A stretch of 64,000 nt of DNA from an uncultured delta proteobacterium (GTDB lineage: Bacteria > Myxococcota_A > UBA9160 > UBA4427): the NCBI GenBank assembly GCA_963822965.1, contig CAWGJT010000005.1:1856001-1920000 (forward strand). The letters are read 5' to 3'. Below, one piece after another: positions 1-8,622 of the stretch. Position 1 is the stretch's first letter. Each line of letters begins with the position of its first letter. The notes beneath the pieces are model-generated. The model was given only the letters and a program-made list of their open reading frames with translations, ran no database searches and was not told the origin of the DNA. A program made the translations under genes and the position numbers.

Positions 1-1
1 C

Positions 2-70
2 CACGACGGCTCGAAGTGGAACGAGTACGCGGACGCGCTCGCGACCACGTCCCTGCGCGAGCGCCGCTGA
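2..70 (+). CDS. 3' end of probable ribonuclease HI (partial, runs off window)
   Basis: Reads HDGSKWNEYADALATTSLRERR*, matching the RNase HI C-terminal H-x-G-xx-x-N-E-x-A-D-x-L-A motif. Confidence 0.6.
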   Translation, partial: HDGSKWNEYADALATTSLRERR

Positions 71-80
71 GCCGGGCCCC

Positions 81-752
81 GTGATCCGCGCGCTCTTCCT
101 GGACTTCGACGGGCTGGTGGTGGACACCGAGACCGCCGACTACGAATCCTGGCGCCACGTCTACGACGCGCACGGTGTGGAGCTGCCGCGCGCGCGCTGG
201 GTGGAGGCGATCGGCAGCGACGGCTCGTCTTTCGAGCCCCTGGTCCAGCTGCGCGCGCTGGCGGGGGACGTCGACGAGGAGCACGTCACGCGCCTGCGCC
301 GTGCACGGCGCGAGGAGCTCTTCGGCGGCCTGCGGCCGCTGCCCGGCGTGGTGGACTGGATGGGCGAGGCGCGCGCCGCGGGCCTTCCCATCGGCGTCGT
401 CTCGAGCTCGCCGCGTTCGTGGGTGCGCGAGCACCTGGAGCGGGTCGCCCTGCACGACCACGTGGACTTCCTGATGACCCGGGACGATGTGCCGCGCGTG
501 AAGCCCCATCCCGACCTGTATCTGCGCGCCCTCGACCACCTGGGCGTCGGGGCCGCGCACGCCATCGCGGTGGAGGACTCGCCCAACGGCCTGCGCGCCG
601 CCCGGGCCGCCGGCCTCTTCTGCGTGGCGGTGCCCGGCCCCATGACCCGCGGCCTGGCCTTCGACGACGCCGGGCTCGTGCTCGGGAGCCTCGCCGAACG
701 CACCCTGGCCGGCGTGATCGAGCTGCTGGCGCGATGGAGCGAGGGCACCTGA
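81..752 (+). CDS. HAD-IA family hydrolase/phosphatase
   Basis: DFDGLVVDTE motif I, KPHPDLY and EDSPNG motifs. Confidence 0.9.
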   Translation: MIRALFLDFDGLVVDTETADYESWRHVYDAHGVELPRARWVEAIGSDGSSFEPLVQLRALAGDVDEEHVTRLRRARREELFGGLRPLPGVVDWMGEARAAGLPIGVVSSSPRSWVREHLERVALHDHVDFLMTRDDVPRVKPHPDLYLRALDHLGVGAAHAIAVEDSPNGLRAARAAGLFCVAVPGPMTRGLAFDDAGLVLGSLAERTLAGVIELLARWSEGT

Positions 753-786
753 GCCGTGCCGCGCTGGGGACGGGCGATTCCAGCGG

Positions 787-1449
787 CTACCGCGGCTCGA
801 TCCGACGATCGAAGCGCTCCCAGCAGAGCTTCTCGTCCACGGACTCCCGGGGCGGTGTGCCGTAGCGACCCACCGGCCAGCCGATGGGAAGCAGCGCGCA
901 GGTGGGCAGCTCGGGCGGCAGCCCGAGCCACGGGTCGAGCTCGTCGCGGAAGCCCGTGTGGAGCGTGGTGAGCGAGGCGCCCAGGCCCACCGCCCGGCAC
1001 GCCAGCAGGATGTTCTGGATCGCCGGAAACAGCGCCTGGGTCTGCTCGTGGCCGCGGCGCCGGAAGCCCGCCACGAACAGGTGGACGGGCGCCTCGTGCA
1101 GATGGTCGGCCAGGTGCAGGGCCGCCAGCGCGTTGCGCCGCTTGCGGGCGGGGAAGTCGGGCGCCTTCGCGGCCTCGAGGGCGGGCGCGATGTAGGCGCG
1201 GAACGCCTTGCGGTAGCGCTCCGCCACCCACGCCCGGCGCTCGGGCTCCGTCACCGCGATGAAGTACCAGGGCTGCCGGTTGCCGCCGCTGGGCGCGAAG
1301 GTGCCCGCCTCGCACACCTTGCGCACGAGGGCGCGCGGCACCGGGTCGGGCCGCAGCCGGCGGATGGCCCGGGTGGTGCGGATCCCCTCGAGGAGCTTCA
1401 CGTCCTCGCCGATGGTGGCGACGTCGATCTCCGGTGCGTCCGACGGCAC
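787..1449 (-). CDS. nitroreductase family protein
   Basis: RAIRR, APSGGNRQPWYF, QNILLACRAVGLG motifs; GTG start at 1449 with GGAGG upstream. Confidence 0.88.
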   Translation of the reverse strand: MPSDAPEIDVATIGEDVKLLEGIRTTRAIRRLRPDPVPRALVRKVCEAGTFAPSGGNRQPWYFIAVTEPERRAWVAERYRKAFRAYIAPALEAAKAPDFPARKRRNALAALHLADHLHEAPVHLFVAGFRRRGHEQTQALFPAIQNILLACRAVGLGASLTTLHTGFRDELDPWLGLPPELPTCALLPIGWPVGRYGTPPRESVDEKLCWERFDRRIEPR

Positions 1450-1451
1450 GG

Positions 1452-1886
1452 CTACCTCCCGCCGCGGGGCAGGCTCGTCTTGCCCAGCTTCAGGATGTGG
1501 CGGAACTCCTTGCTCGTGAGCGGTACCACCGAAATGCGTCCCCGGCGCACCAGCGCGATCTCGCCGAGGTCGGGGTCGGCCTTGACCTCCGCCAGGGTGA
1601 CGGGCCGCTTCAGCGGCACCACGGGCTCGACGTCCACCACCACCCATCGCTCGTCGTCGCTGGTCGGGTCGGGGTACGACTCCTTCCGGACCCGCGCCAC
1701 GCCCACCACCTCCTTGCCCTCGTTGGAGTGGTAGTAGAGGACGAGGTCGCCCTTCTTCATGGCGGCCAGGTTGTTGCGGGCCTCGTAGTTGCGGACGCCG
1801 TCCCAGTGGGTGGAGCGGTCCTTCACGAGCTGGCTCCAGGGGTACTTGGCGGGCTCGGATTTGACGAGCCAGTAGCTCTGCGGCAT
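1452..1886 (-). CDS. EVE domain-containing protein
   Basis: YWLVKSEP, WDGVRNYEARN, LYYHSN motifs; GGAGG RBS. Confidence 0.92.
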   Translation of the reverse strand: MPQSYWLVKSEPAKYPWSQLVKDRSTHWDGVRNYEARNNLAAMKKGDLVLYYHSNEGKEVVGVARVRKESYPDPTSDDERWVVVDVEPVVPLKRPVTLAEVKADPDLGEIALVRRGRISVVPLTSKEFRHILKLGKTSLPRGGR

Positions 1887-1926
1887 GCGGTCCTCCATCG
1901 AGGGCGTGTAGGGTACCCTGCCGGCC

Positions 1927-2847
1927 ATGGGCTCACCCCTGGAAGATCGCGAGATCGGCCCCGTCACCGTGCTCTTCGGCGAGGGGGGCGGCAAGTATCC
2001 CGACGGCAACTCGCTGCTCGTCCGCGGCACCCGCGAGACGGCGATCGTCGATCCGTCCCTGGGCGTGGTCGCCCGGCGCGAGCGGCTGCCGCGCGTCGAC
2101 CGGGTCGTCAACAGCCACTGCCACGAGGACCACATCGCCGGCAACCACCTGTTTCCCGACGTGCCCTGGCACGTCCACGCCGCGGACGCCCCGGGCTTCC
2201 GCTCCCTCGACGACATGATGGCGATCTACGGCTACTCAGAGCCCGTGTCCAGCCAGTTCCGCGAGCGGGTCGTCGCGGACTTCCACTACGTGTCGCGGCC
2301 GGACGTCACTCCCTTCACGGACGGCGACCGCTTCGATTTCGGAGACGTCACCTTGCGGGTCGTCCACACGCCGGGACACACCCGCGGCCACTGCGTGCTG
2401 ATCGTCGAGTGGGGAGCCGGCGGGCCGGACGAGCGCCTCGTCTACCTGGGCGACATCGAGCTCTCGAGCTTCGGACCCTACTACGGGGACGCCTGGTCGA
2501 ATCTCGAGGACTTCGAGCGCAGCCTGCGCGCGGTGCGGCAGCTCGAAGCCACCTGGTACGCCACCTTCCATCACATCGGCGTCGTCGACCGCGAGACGTT
2601 CCTCGAGCGCCTCGACCGCTTCGAGACGAAGATCACCCTGCGCGAGCAGGCGCTCCTCGAGTACCTCGAGGTACCGCGCAGCCTGGACCAGATCGCCCAG
2701 CACCGCTTCGTGTACCGCCCGGGCCCCGCGGCGGAGTTCGTCGAGTGCGTGGAGCGACGCTCCATGGGCATGCACATCGAGCGCCTGATCGCCCAGGACC
2801 GCGTCGAGGAGATCGAGCCCGACCGCTACCAGACGGTGGACGTCTAG
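1927..2847 (+). CDS. MBL-fold metallo-hydrolase
   Basis: SHCHEDH, HTPGHTRGH and GD motifs. Confidence 0.88.
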   Translation: MGSPLEDREIGPVTVLFGEGGGKYPDGNSLLVRGTRETAIVDPSLGVVARRERLPRVDRVVNSHCHEDHIAGNHLFPDVPWHVHAADAPGFRSLDDMMAIYGYSEPVSSQFRERVVADFHYVSRPDVTPFTDGDRFDFGDVTLRVVHTPGHTRGHCVLIVEWGAGGPDERLVYLGDIELSSFGPYYGDAWSNLEDFERSLRAVRQLEATWYATFHHIGVVDRETFLERLDRFETKITLREQALLEYLEVPRSLDQIAQHRFVYRPGPAAEFVECVERRSMGMHIERLIAQDRVEEIEPDRYQTVDV

Positions 2848-2879
2848 AAGCGTGATCCAGCGGTGATGGTCCCTGCCAC

Positions 2880-2898
2880 GGCAATCCGAAGGATTGCC
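2880..2898. repeat. palindromic hairpin between convergent genes (core AATCCGAAGGATT shared with 57283-57305)
   Basis: GGCAATCC-GAA-GGATTGCC perfect inverted repeat. Confidence 0.55.
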
Positions 2899-2901
2899 CG
2901 C

Positions 2902-4110
2902 TCAGCGCATCTCCGGCGGCGTGCGCGAGGTCATGAAGTCCCGGGCCAGGTAGGCGGTGAGGGGCCGCGGGCCGAGGCGCTGGGCGAAGTTGGCGCGCAG
3001 CCAGTTCCACCAGCCCGGGATCACCGACGGCTGCCCGCCGAGGCTGCGGAGGGCCTCCGCGACCACCTCCTCGGGCGGCACGCCGCCCTGGCTGATCTCG
3101 CTCGCTGCCTCCTGGAACTCGGTCTGCACGGGACCGGGCTCCAGCACCAGCACGTCGATGCCCTGCTCGCGCAGCTCGACGAAGAGCGCCTCGCCGAGGA
3201 AGAGGTCGAAGGCCTTGGTGGCCGCGTAGACGGCGTGATAGGGGATCGGCTGGTGGCCCGCCGCCGAGCCGGTGAAGAGCACGGCCCCCCGACCGCGCTC
3301 CACCATGCCAGGGACCAGGCGGCTCGTGAGCACGAGGGGCGCCTGGCAGTTCACGGCGATGAGCTTCTTCAGGCGGTCGCTGTCCTGCTTGTCGAGACGC
3401 CCCGCGTAGCCCAGGCCGGCGTTGTTGACCAACACCCCGATCTCGAGATCGCGCACCGCCTCGGCCAGTCGATCCGGCCCGTCGGCGTCCGCCAGGTCGA
3501 TGCCGACGGTGCGGGTGGAGACGTTGAAGCGCTTCTCGAGCTCGTCGGCGAGGGCGCGCAGCCGCTCCTCGCGGCGCGCCGTCAGCACCAGCGAGAACCC
3601 CTCCCGGGCGAGCGCGCGCGCGAACTCGACGCCGATTCCCGAGGAGGCGCCCGTCACCAGTGCCCACTCTCCGTAGCGTTCGGCGAGGGAGTGCGGGCCG
3701 CGCTCGAAGTGGTCGCCGGAGCTCCAGAAGCCGAAGGCGACGAGCGCGAACGGAATCGCCGACACCAGGCCGCCGAAGAAGCCGAGCACGCCGCCGACGT
3801 GCGCGACGCTCCACACGAACATCCCGAAGGCCACCTGGGCCGCGTAGGCCGTGCCCCAGAAGCGCATCCAGGGCCGGCGGCGGCGGAACCCGTACACGGC
3901 GGCGCCGTAGACGAACCAGTGGGGCAGCGCCATCACCTTGGCGGCCCAGCCCGTGAAGAGGATGCCGAACCACACCTCCTGGTCGGCCGCCACGGGCTTC
4001 CAGAAGAGGTCCCAGGGCACGTAGACGAAGGCCATCCAGCCACTGAAGACCAGCAGGAGGTTCATCCACCAGGGGCGGTCGTGGAAGATGTCGCGTAGCC
4101 AATCGCTCAT
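2902..4110 (-). CDS. SDR oxidoreductase fused to an N-terminal multi-pass membrane domain
   Basis: About 130 hydrophobic residues, then TGASSGIG, NNAG and YAATK motifs. Confidence 0.85.
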   Translation of the reverse strand: MSDWLRDIFHDRPWWMNLLLVFSGWMAFVYVPWDLFWKPVAADQEVWFGILFTGWAAKVMALPHWFVYGAAVYGFRRRRPWMRFWGTAYAAQVAFGMFVWSVAHVGGVLGFFGGLVSAIPFALVAFGFWSSGDHFERGPHSLAERYGEWALVTGASSGIGVEFARALAREGFSLVLTARREERLRALADELEKRFNVSTRTVGIDLADADGPDRLAEAVRDLEIGVLVNNAGLGYAGRLDKQDSDRLKKLIAVNCQAPLVLTSRLVPGMVERGRGAVLFTGSAAGHQPIPYHAVYAATKAFDLFLGEALFVELREQGIDVLVLEPGPVQTEFQEAASEISQGGVPPEEVVAEALRSLGGQPSVIPGWWNWLRANFAQRLGPRPLTAYLARDFMTSRTPPEMR

Positions 4111-4160
4111 GGGAGGACTCCTGGGGCGCGATCCGAGACCGCAGCGTAGCCTAGGATGCG

Positions 4161-5231
4161 ATGACGGAGCCGAAACGCCTCTCGCTCGAGGAATTGGAGG
4201 CCTGCGGGGCGGACTTCGACCGCAGCGTCGAGCGGCAGTCGGACGTCGATCGCTTCTGCTCGCGCAGCGAGTGGATCCTCCCCTACCACCGCGCCTTCCT
4301 GCCCGAACGCGAGCCGTTCGTCTACCGCGGGGGCGCTGGCGAGGCGTCGTTCGCCGCGATGGCGGCCCGCGAGCATCCGGACGTGGGCCGGTACCTGGAG
4401 CCCTTCGAGAACATGTGGTGCTTCGCGTGCCCCCTCGTCGGACCCGACGCAGTGAGCCTCCTGGCCGCGGCGATCGCGGCGTGCGACGCGGGCCAGGCCC
4501 CGGGGCACCCGGGCACCCCTGTCGTGCTCGGGGGCATTCCGGCCTCGCGCGACCCCCAGGGCCTCGTGGCCTCGCTCGCCAGGGCCTTCGAGGATCGCTA
4601 CGAGCTGCGCGTGGTCGACGCCACGCAACGCTTCGTGGCGTCGCTCGAGGGTGGGATCGAGGGCTGGCTCTCCCGCCGGTCGCGGTCGTTCCGTCGCAAC
4701 CTGCGCGCCGCGCTGCGCATCGCGGAGGGCGACCCGCTGACCTTCGAGCACGTCCACGTGCCGGACGCCGCCGCGGCCCGCGACGTCTACGGGCGCCTGC
4801 TGGCCGTCGAGAAGAGGAGCTGGAAGCACGCCGAGGGCGGCGGCGTGGCCCGCGGCCCGATGCGCGCGTTCTATCGCGACATGCTTCCGCGTCTCGCCGC
4901 CCGGCGCGGGCTGCGGGTGGTAGTGGCCACGCGCGAAGGCGAGGACGTGGGCTACCTGCACGGGGGCCTCGTGGACGACCCCTCCGGCGGACGGCACTTC
5001 CGCGGGCTGCAGATGAGCTACGACCTGCGCTTCGCCCACCTCTCCCTGGGCAACCTGCTGCAGCACGAGATGCTGCGCGCGCTGTGCACGGAAGGCGTGC
5101 GGAGCTACGACCTGGGCACCCGGCAGGAGTACAAGCGCCGCTGGGCCGAGGAAGGACTCCTCACCCTCACGATCCTGATGCGAGCCGGCGACCTCAGTGC
5201 GCCGGCTTCTCCGCCGCCCGGTGGGGAATGA
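4161..5231 (+). CDS. GNAT-fold protein (CelD/BcsL-like, Acetyltransf_6)
   Basis: SRSFRRNLR, SYDLRFAHLSLGNLL, YDLG..EYKRRW pattern. Confidence 0.7.
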   Translation: MTEPKRLSLEELEACGADFDRSVERQSDVDRFCSRSEWILPYHRAFLPEREPFVYRGGAGEASFAAMAAREHPDVGRYLEPFENMWCFACPLVGPDAVSLLAAAIAACDAGQAPGHPGTPVVLGGIPASRDPQGLVASLARAFEDRYELRVVDATQRFVASLEGGIEGWLSRRSRSFRRNLRAALRIAEGDPLTFEHVHVPDAAAARDVYGRLLAVEKRSWKHAEGGGVARGPMRAFYRDMLPRLAARRGLRVVVATREGEDVGYLHGGLVDDPSGGRHFRGLQMSYDLRFAHLSLGNLLQHEMLRALCTEGVRSYDLGTRQEYKRRWAEEGLLTLTILMRAGDLSAPASPPPGGE

Positions 5232-5955
5232 AGAGGACGCAGGCAACGATGAACGCGACGAGCACCGCCGACGCCGAGTAGCGGCTCAGCGCCAGACCGC
5301 CGTCGGTGAGGGGCTTGTCGAGGAAGTCGCCGACGACGGCGCCCAGCGGTCGGGTCAGGATGAAGGCCGCCCAGAAGAGCTGGGTCTTCGAGACGTTCGA
5401 CCACAGATGGGCCGCCGCCACCACGGCCAGCAGGGCGCCGAAGAGGACCGCGCTCCCCGCATAGCCGAAGCCCGCGGAGTCGGCCGTCCAGTCGCCGAGC
5501 GCGGTGCCCAGGGTCTGGGAGAACATGATCGTGACCCAGTAGAAGAGCTCCTGCCGGGGCGTGCGGACCGTCTCGACCGAGACCGAGCCGAGCGACCAGT
5601 ACCAGACGGCAAGGGATGCGACGAGCAGGACGAGCAGCGCCGACGAGCCGCCGGCGTAGCCGATGCCCAGGGAACGGGTCGCGAAGTCGGCCAGCGTGGT
5701 GCCGACCGTCGTCGACGCGACGATCGTCGTCCAGTACAGGCCCGGATGGAAGCGCTTCGCCCGGATCTGTGCGGCCACCGCCAGCAGGAAGACGACCGCG
5801 AAGATGGCGGTGCCAACGAGATAGCCGAGGTCCATGGACATGGACACCGCGTCGCCGCCGGTCTCGCCCAGCGTCGTGGCTGCGATCTTGATGAGCCAGA
5901 AGACGAAGGTGACTTCGGGAACCTTGCTGCGACCGTGGTCCGCGGCGCGCTCCAT
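5194..5955 (-). CDS. COG4705 / DUF347 repeat membrane protein
   Basis: KVPEVT..FWLIKIAATTLGETGGD, SQTLGTALGD, FWAAFILTRPLGA. Confidence 0.88.
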   Translation of the reverse strand: MERAADHGRSKVPEVTFVFWLIKIAATTLGETGGDAVSMSMDLGYLVGTAIFAVVFLLAVAAQIRAKRFHPGLYWTTIVASTTVGTTLADFATRSLGIGYAGGSSALLVLLVASLAVWYWSLGSVSVETVRTPRQELFYWVTIMFSQTLGTALGDWTADSAGFGYAGSAVLFGALLAVVAAAHLWSNVSKTQLFWAAFILTRPLGAVVGDFLDKPLTDGGLALSRYSASAVLVAFIVACVLFIPHRAAEKPAH

Positions 5956-5969
5956 CGTCGAGCCTGGGC

Positions 5970-6042
5970 CTCCCAAGAGGACAACGCTCAGCGTTGCCCT
6001 CGGGTTGCAGGTAAGCGCCCCAGCGGGGCGCTGACCGCTCAG
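5970..6042. repeat. 73-bp twin-hairpin intergenic repeat, copy 1 (REP-like or cis-RNA)
   Basis: Near-identical to 8550-8622; contains two inverted repeats. Confidence 0.8.
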
Positions 6043-6464
6043 GGCTTCTGGACGCTCTCGAGCGGGCGCTTCGTCGGCAGCTTGTCGCGCCGCCAGCCCT
6101 GCATGTCGCCTTCCAGGTGCTGCACGTTCTCGATGCCCGCCGCCTTCAGGGTCTTCTCCGCCTTGGCGGCCCGGCCCCCGCGCTCGCAGTAGACCACGAC
6201 CCGGTCCGGGTCGCGGTCCCGCACCTCGGAGATCCGCTCCGGAAGCTGGTCGTAGGGCACGTTGATGGCGCCCGGAACGTGGCCGCTCTCGTACTCCTTG
6301 GGCGTGCGCACGTCCAGCACCAGCAGCTTGGGGTCGGTCTTCATGGCCGAGATCAGCTCCTGGGGCTTCACCGTCGGCGTGTCGTCGCCGGCCTGCGCCG
6401 GTGCCGTTGCAACGAGCGCCAGCATCGCCAGGGCGAGCGGCGCCGTTCGGGAAATCCATCTCAT
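6039..6464 (-). CDS. secreted rhodanese-like domain protein
   Basis: Signal peptide ending AQA; DVRTPKEYESGHVPGA and YCERGGRA. Confidence 0.88.
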   Translation of the reverse strand: MRWISRTAPLALAMLALVATAPAQAGDDTPTVKPQELISAMKTDPKLLVLDVRTPKEYESGHVPGAINVPYDQLPERISEVRDRDPDRVVVYCERGGRAAKAEKTLKAAGIENVQHLEGDMQGWRRDKLPTKRPLESVQKP

Positions 6465-6790
6465 CGTACGTCCTCCCAGTCTTCTCCGTAGTGAATGAAG
6501 ATCTCGCTTCCGGGCTGGATGTTGCGGATCGCATACAGATCCACGCCATCGAGCTCGGCATTGGGCTCGGCGGAGTGATTGAGGAAGCGCAGGTCGTTCT
6601 CGCCGCGGACGCCCCGCCGGCGGTCGTCCTCGTCGATCACCCAGAGCACGTGCTCTCCGTCCCGGGTCGTGTGCGCTCCCTCGAAGCGGCCGATGTAGCT
6701 GCCCGGCCGCAGCCGCGTCTGCGCGAAGAGCCCGCGCCCGTGCACCCCGCTCGGCCCCACGGCGACGCGTCGCGCGAGGGCGTCGCTCAC
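6461..6790 (-). CDS. minimal SET domain protein (lysine methyltransferase-like)
   Basis: SGVHGRGLFA, RFLNHSAEPN, EIFIHYG; GTGA/ATGA overlaps with both neighbours. Confidence 0.85.
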   Translation of the reverse strand: MSDALARRVAVGPSGVHGRGLFAQTRLRPGSYIGRFEGAHTTRDGEHVLWVIDEDDRRRGVRGENDLRFLNHSAEPNAELDGVDLYAIRNIQPGSEIFIHYGEDWEDVR

Positions 6791-7248
6791 GAGCGGCCTT
6801 CCGGGCTCTTGTCGGCGGCCGCTCGGGGCTCGCGTCCGTCCTCGGTGCGCAGCACCGGACCGCCGACCTCCAACCAGGCCGCGAAGCCGTCGTGCACGTG
6901 GCTCACCGGCGCGAGCCCCATGTCCTGGGCGGTGGCGGCGGCCAGCGCCGAGCGCCATCCGCTCTGGCAGTAGAAGACGAAGTGCCGGCCGCTGCCGAAG
7001 ACGTCCTTGTAGTAGGGGCTCTCCGGGTCGACCCAGAACTCGAGCATGCCCCGGGGCGCGTGCAGCGAGCCCGGGACGAAGCCCTCCCGGATGCGCTCGC
7101 GGATGTCGCGCAGGTCGATGAGCAGGGTGTCGTCGCGACCGACCAGCGCGATGGCGTCGACGGCGGAGACGCACGCCACCCGGGCGTTCGCCTCGGCCAC
7201 GAGCTGCATGGCGTTCTTGCGCGGGGTGGGGCTCGAGGACAACGGCAT
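6787..7248 (-). CDS. rhodanese-like domain protein
   Basis: IDLRDIRE, PRGMLEFWVDP, YCQSGWRSALA. Confidence 0.88.
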   Translation of the reverse strand: MPLSSSPTPRKNAMQLVAEANARVACVSAVDAIALVGRDDTLLIDLRDIRERIREGFVPGSLHAPRGMLEFWVDPESPYYKDVFGSGRHFVFYCQSGWRSALAAATAQDMGLAPVSHVHDGFAAWLEVGGPVLRTEDGREPRAAADKSPEGRS

Positions 7249-7277
7249 CTCCTTCTATGAAGACCGTCAGAAGACCG

Positions 7278-8531
7278 TCAGACGAGCTCGACGGTAGCCA
7301 TCTCGCGAGCGCAGTTGAAGCGCACCGCAGGACCCGCGACGCCGATGCCGCGGTTCACGTAGAGCGTCGAGGCCTTCAGCTGATACAGGCCCCGGGTGTA
7401 GCCCGTCATCACGCGCGCCAGGTTCACGTGCCGGCCGCGGCGGAACGGCAGCGCCAGCTGGCCACCGTGGGTATGTCCGGCCAGCACCAGCGGAAAGCCC
7501 AGCCGGGCGGCCTGCCCGAAGGCCTGGGGGCGGTGCACCAGCAGCAGCACGGGCCCGTCGTCGGGAAGCGACGCGGCCAGGCTCTCCATCGACTCGAGGT
7601 GCAGGTCGCGATTCGTCCAGTCGCGACCCGGGTCCTCGATGCCCGCCAGGTAGAGCGGCGCGTCCAGGGGCAGGCGCACGCACTCGTCCCGCAGCAGGCG
7701 GATGCCGGGGGCGTGGGCCGCGAACGCGTCCACGATGCGGTCGGTGCCCGTGTAGGTGTCGTGGTTGCCGAGCACCGCATAGACGCCGAGGCGCGCGCGT
7801 AGACCGGCCAGGCGCCGGACGCCCTCCTCGACGAAGGCCGGGTCGAAGTCGAAGATGTCGCCGGTGATGACCAGGAGATCGCTGCCCAGGGCGTTCGCGT
7901 CGCGCACCATGGCGTCGAGGCGCTCGCCTTCGAGGCCGTTGCCGATGTGGAGATCGGTCAGGTGGCCGATGCGCAGCCCCCGGTGATCGTCGTGCAGGCC
8001 CTCGATGGGCACCTGCACGATGGTGCGGTCCACCTTCTTCTGTCCGCCGGTGAACGCCCATACCGATGCGAACCCCACCGCGCCGACCAGCACCATCGAG
8101 AGCGCCCGGAAGAGCGTGAAGGCCGGCTCGCTGCCGAGCCCGATCCAGCCGAGCAGGCTCGTCACCGGGAAGAGCCCGAGCCAGGAGACCGCCACGGCCA
8201 GGCCGACGAGCAGGGTCGAGATGCCGACCGCCATGTAGACGCGGGCGGCGCGACGCGCGTCGCCTCCGTACATGCGGGCCCGGCGCAGGAGCGGCACGGT
8301 GACCAGGTTCGCCGCCACCAGCCCCAGGCCGAGACCCAGCGCCAGCCCGGCGCCGAGGCCCTCCCGGCCCACCACCACCACCAGGGCCCACTGGAGGATC
8401 AGCGCCTGCATGGCGCCCAGCAGGCCCGCCAGGGTGCGCCACATGTTGCCGAAGACGGCACGCCGCAAGCGGGCACGCAGCTCGAAGCGCGGCCGCCGGG
8501 CACGTCCCAGCTCGTCGGTACCGATCACCAT
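7278..8531 (-). CDS. membrane-anchored metallophosphoesterase (YkuE-like)
   Basis: DLH, GD, GNHD and GHTHGGQ motifs after N-terminal TM segments. Confidence 0.88.
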   Translation of the reverse strand: MVIGTDELGRARRPRFELRARLRRAVFGNMWRTLAGLLGAMQALILQWALVVVVGREGLGAGLALGLGLGLVAANLVTVPLLRRARMYGGDARRAARVYMAVGISTLLVGLAVAVSWLGLFPVTSLLGWIGLGSEPAFTLFRALSMVLVGAVGFASVWAFTGGQKKVDRTIVQVPIEGLHDDHRGLRIGHLTDLHIGNGLEGERLDAMVRDANALGSDLLVITGDIFDFDPAFVEEGVRRLAGLRARLGVYAVLGNHDTYTGTDRIVDAFAAHAPGIRLLRDECVRLPLDAPLYLAGIEDPGRDWTNRDLHLESMESLAASLPDDGPVLLLVHRPQAFGQAARLGFPLVLAGHTHGGQLALPFRRGRHVNLARVMTGYTRGLYQLKASTLYVNRGIGVAGPAVRFNCAREMATVELV

Positions 8532-8549
8532 GACTTGGACACCACGAAA

Positions 8550-8622
8550 CTCCCAAGAGGACGACGCTCAGCGTCGTCCTCGGGTTGCAAGTCAGCGCCC
8601 CAGCGGGGCGCTGACCGCTCAG
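8550..8622. repeat. 73-bp twin-hairpin intergenic repeat, copy 2
   Basis: GAGGACGACGC-TCA-GCGTCGTCCTC and GTCAGCGCCCC-AGC-GGGGCGCTGAC perfect stems. Confidence 0.8.

Noticed and set aside
7259..7280. Short tandem duplications (also 16165-16193, 46772-46792, 57365-57390)
   Set aside because: 9-16 bp slippage-type duplications with no further structure
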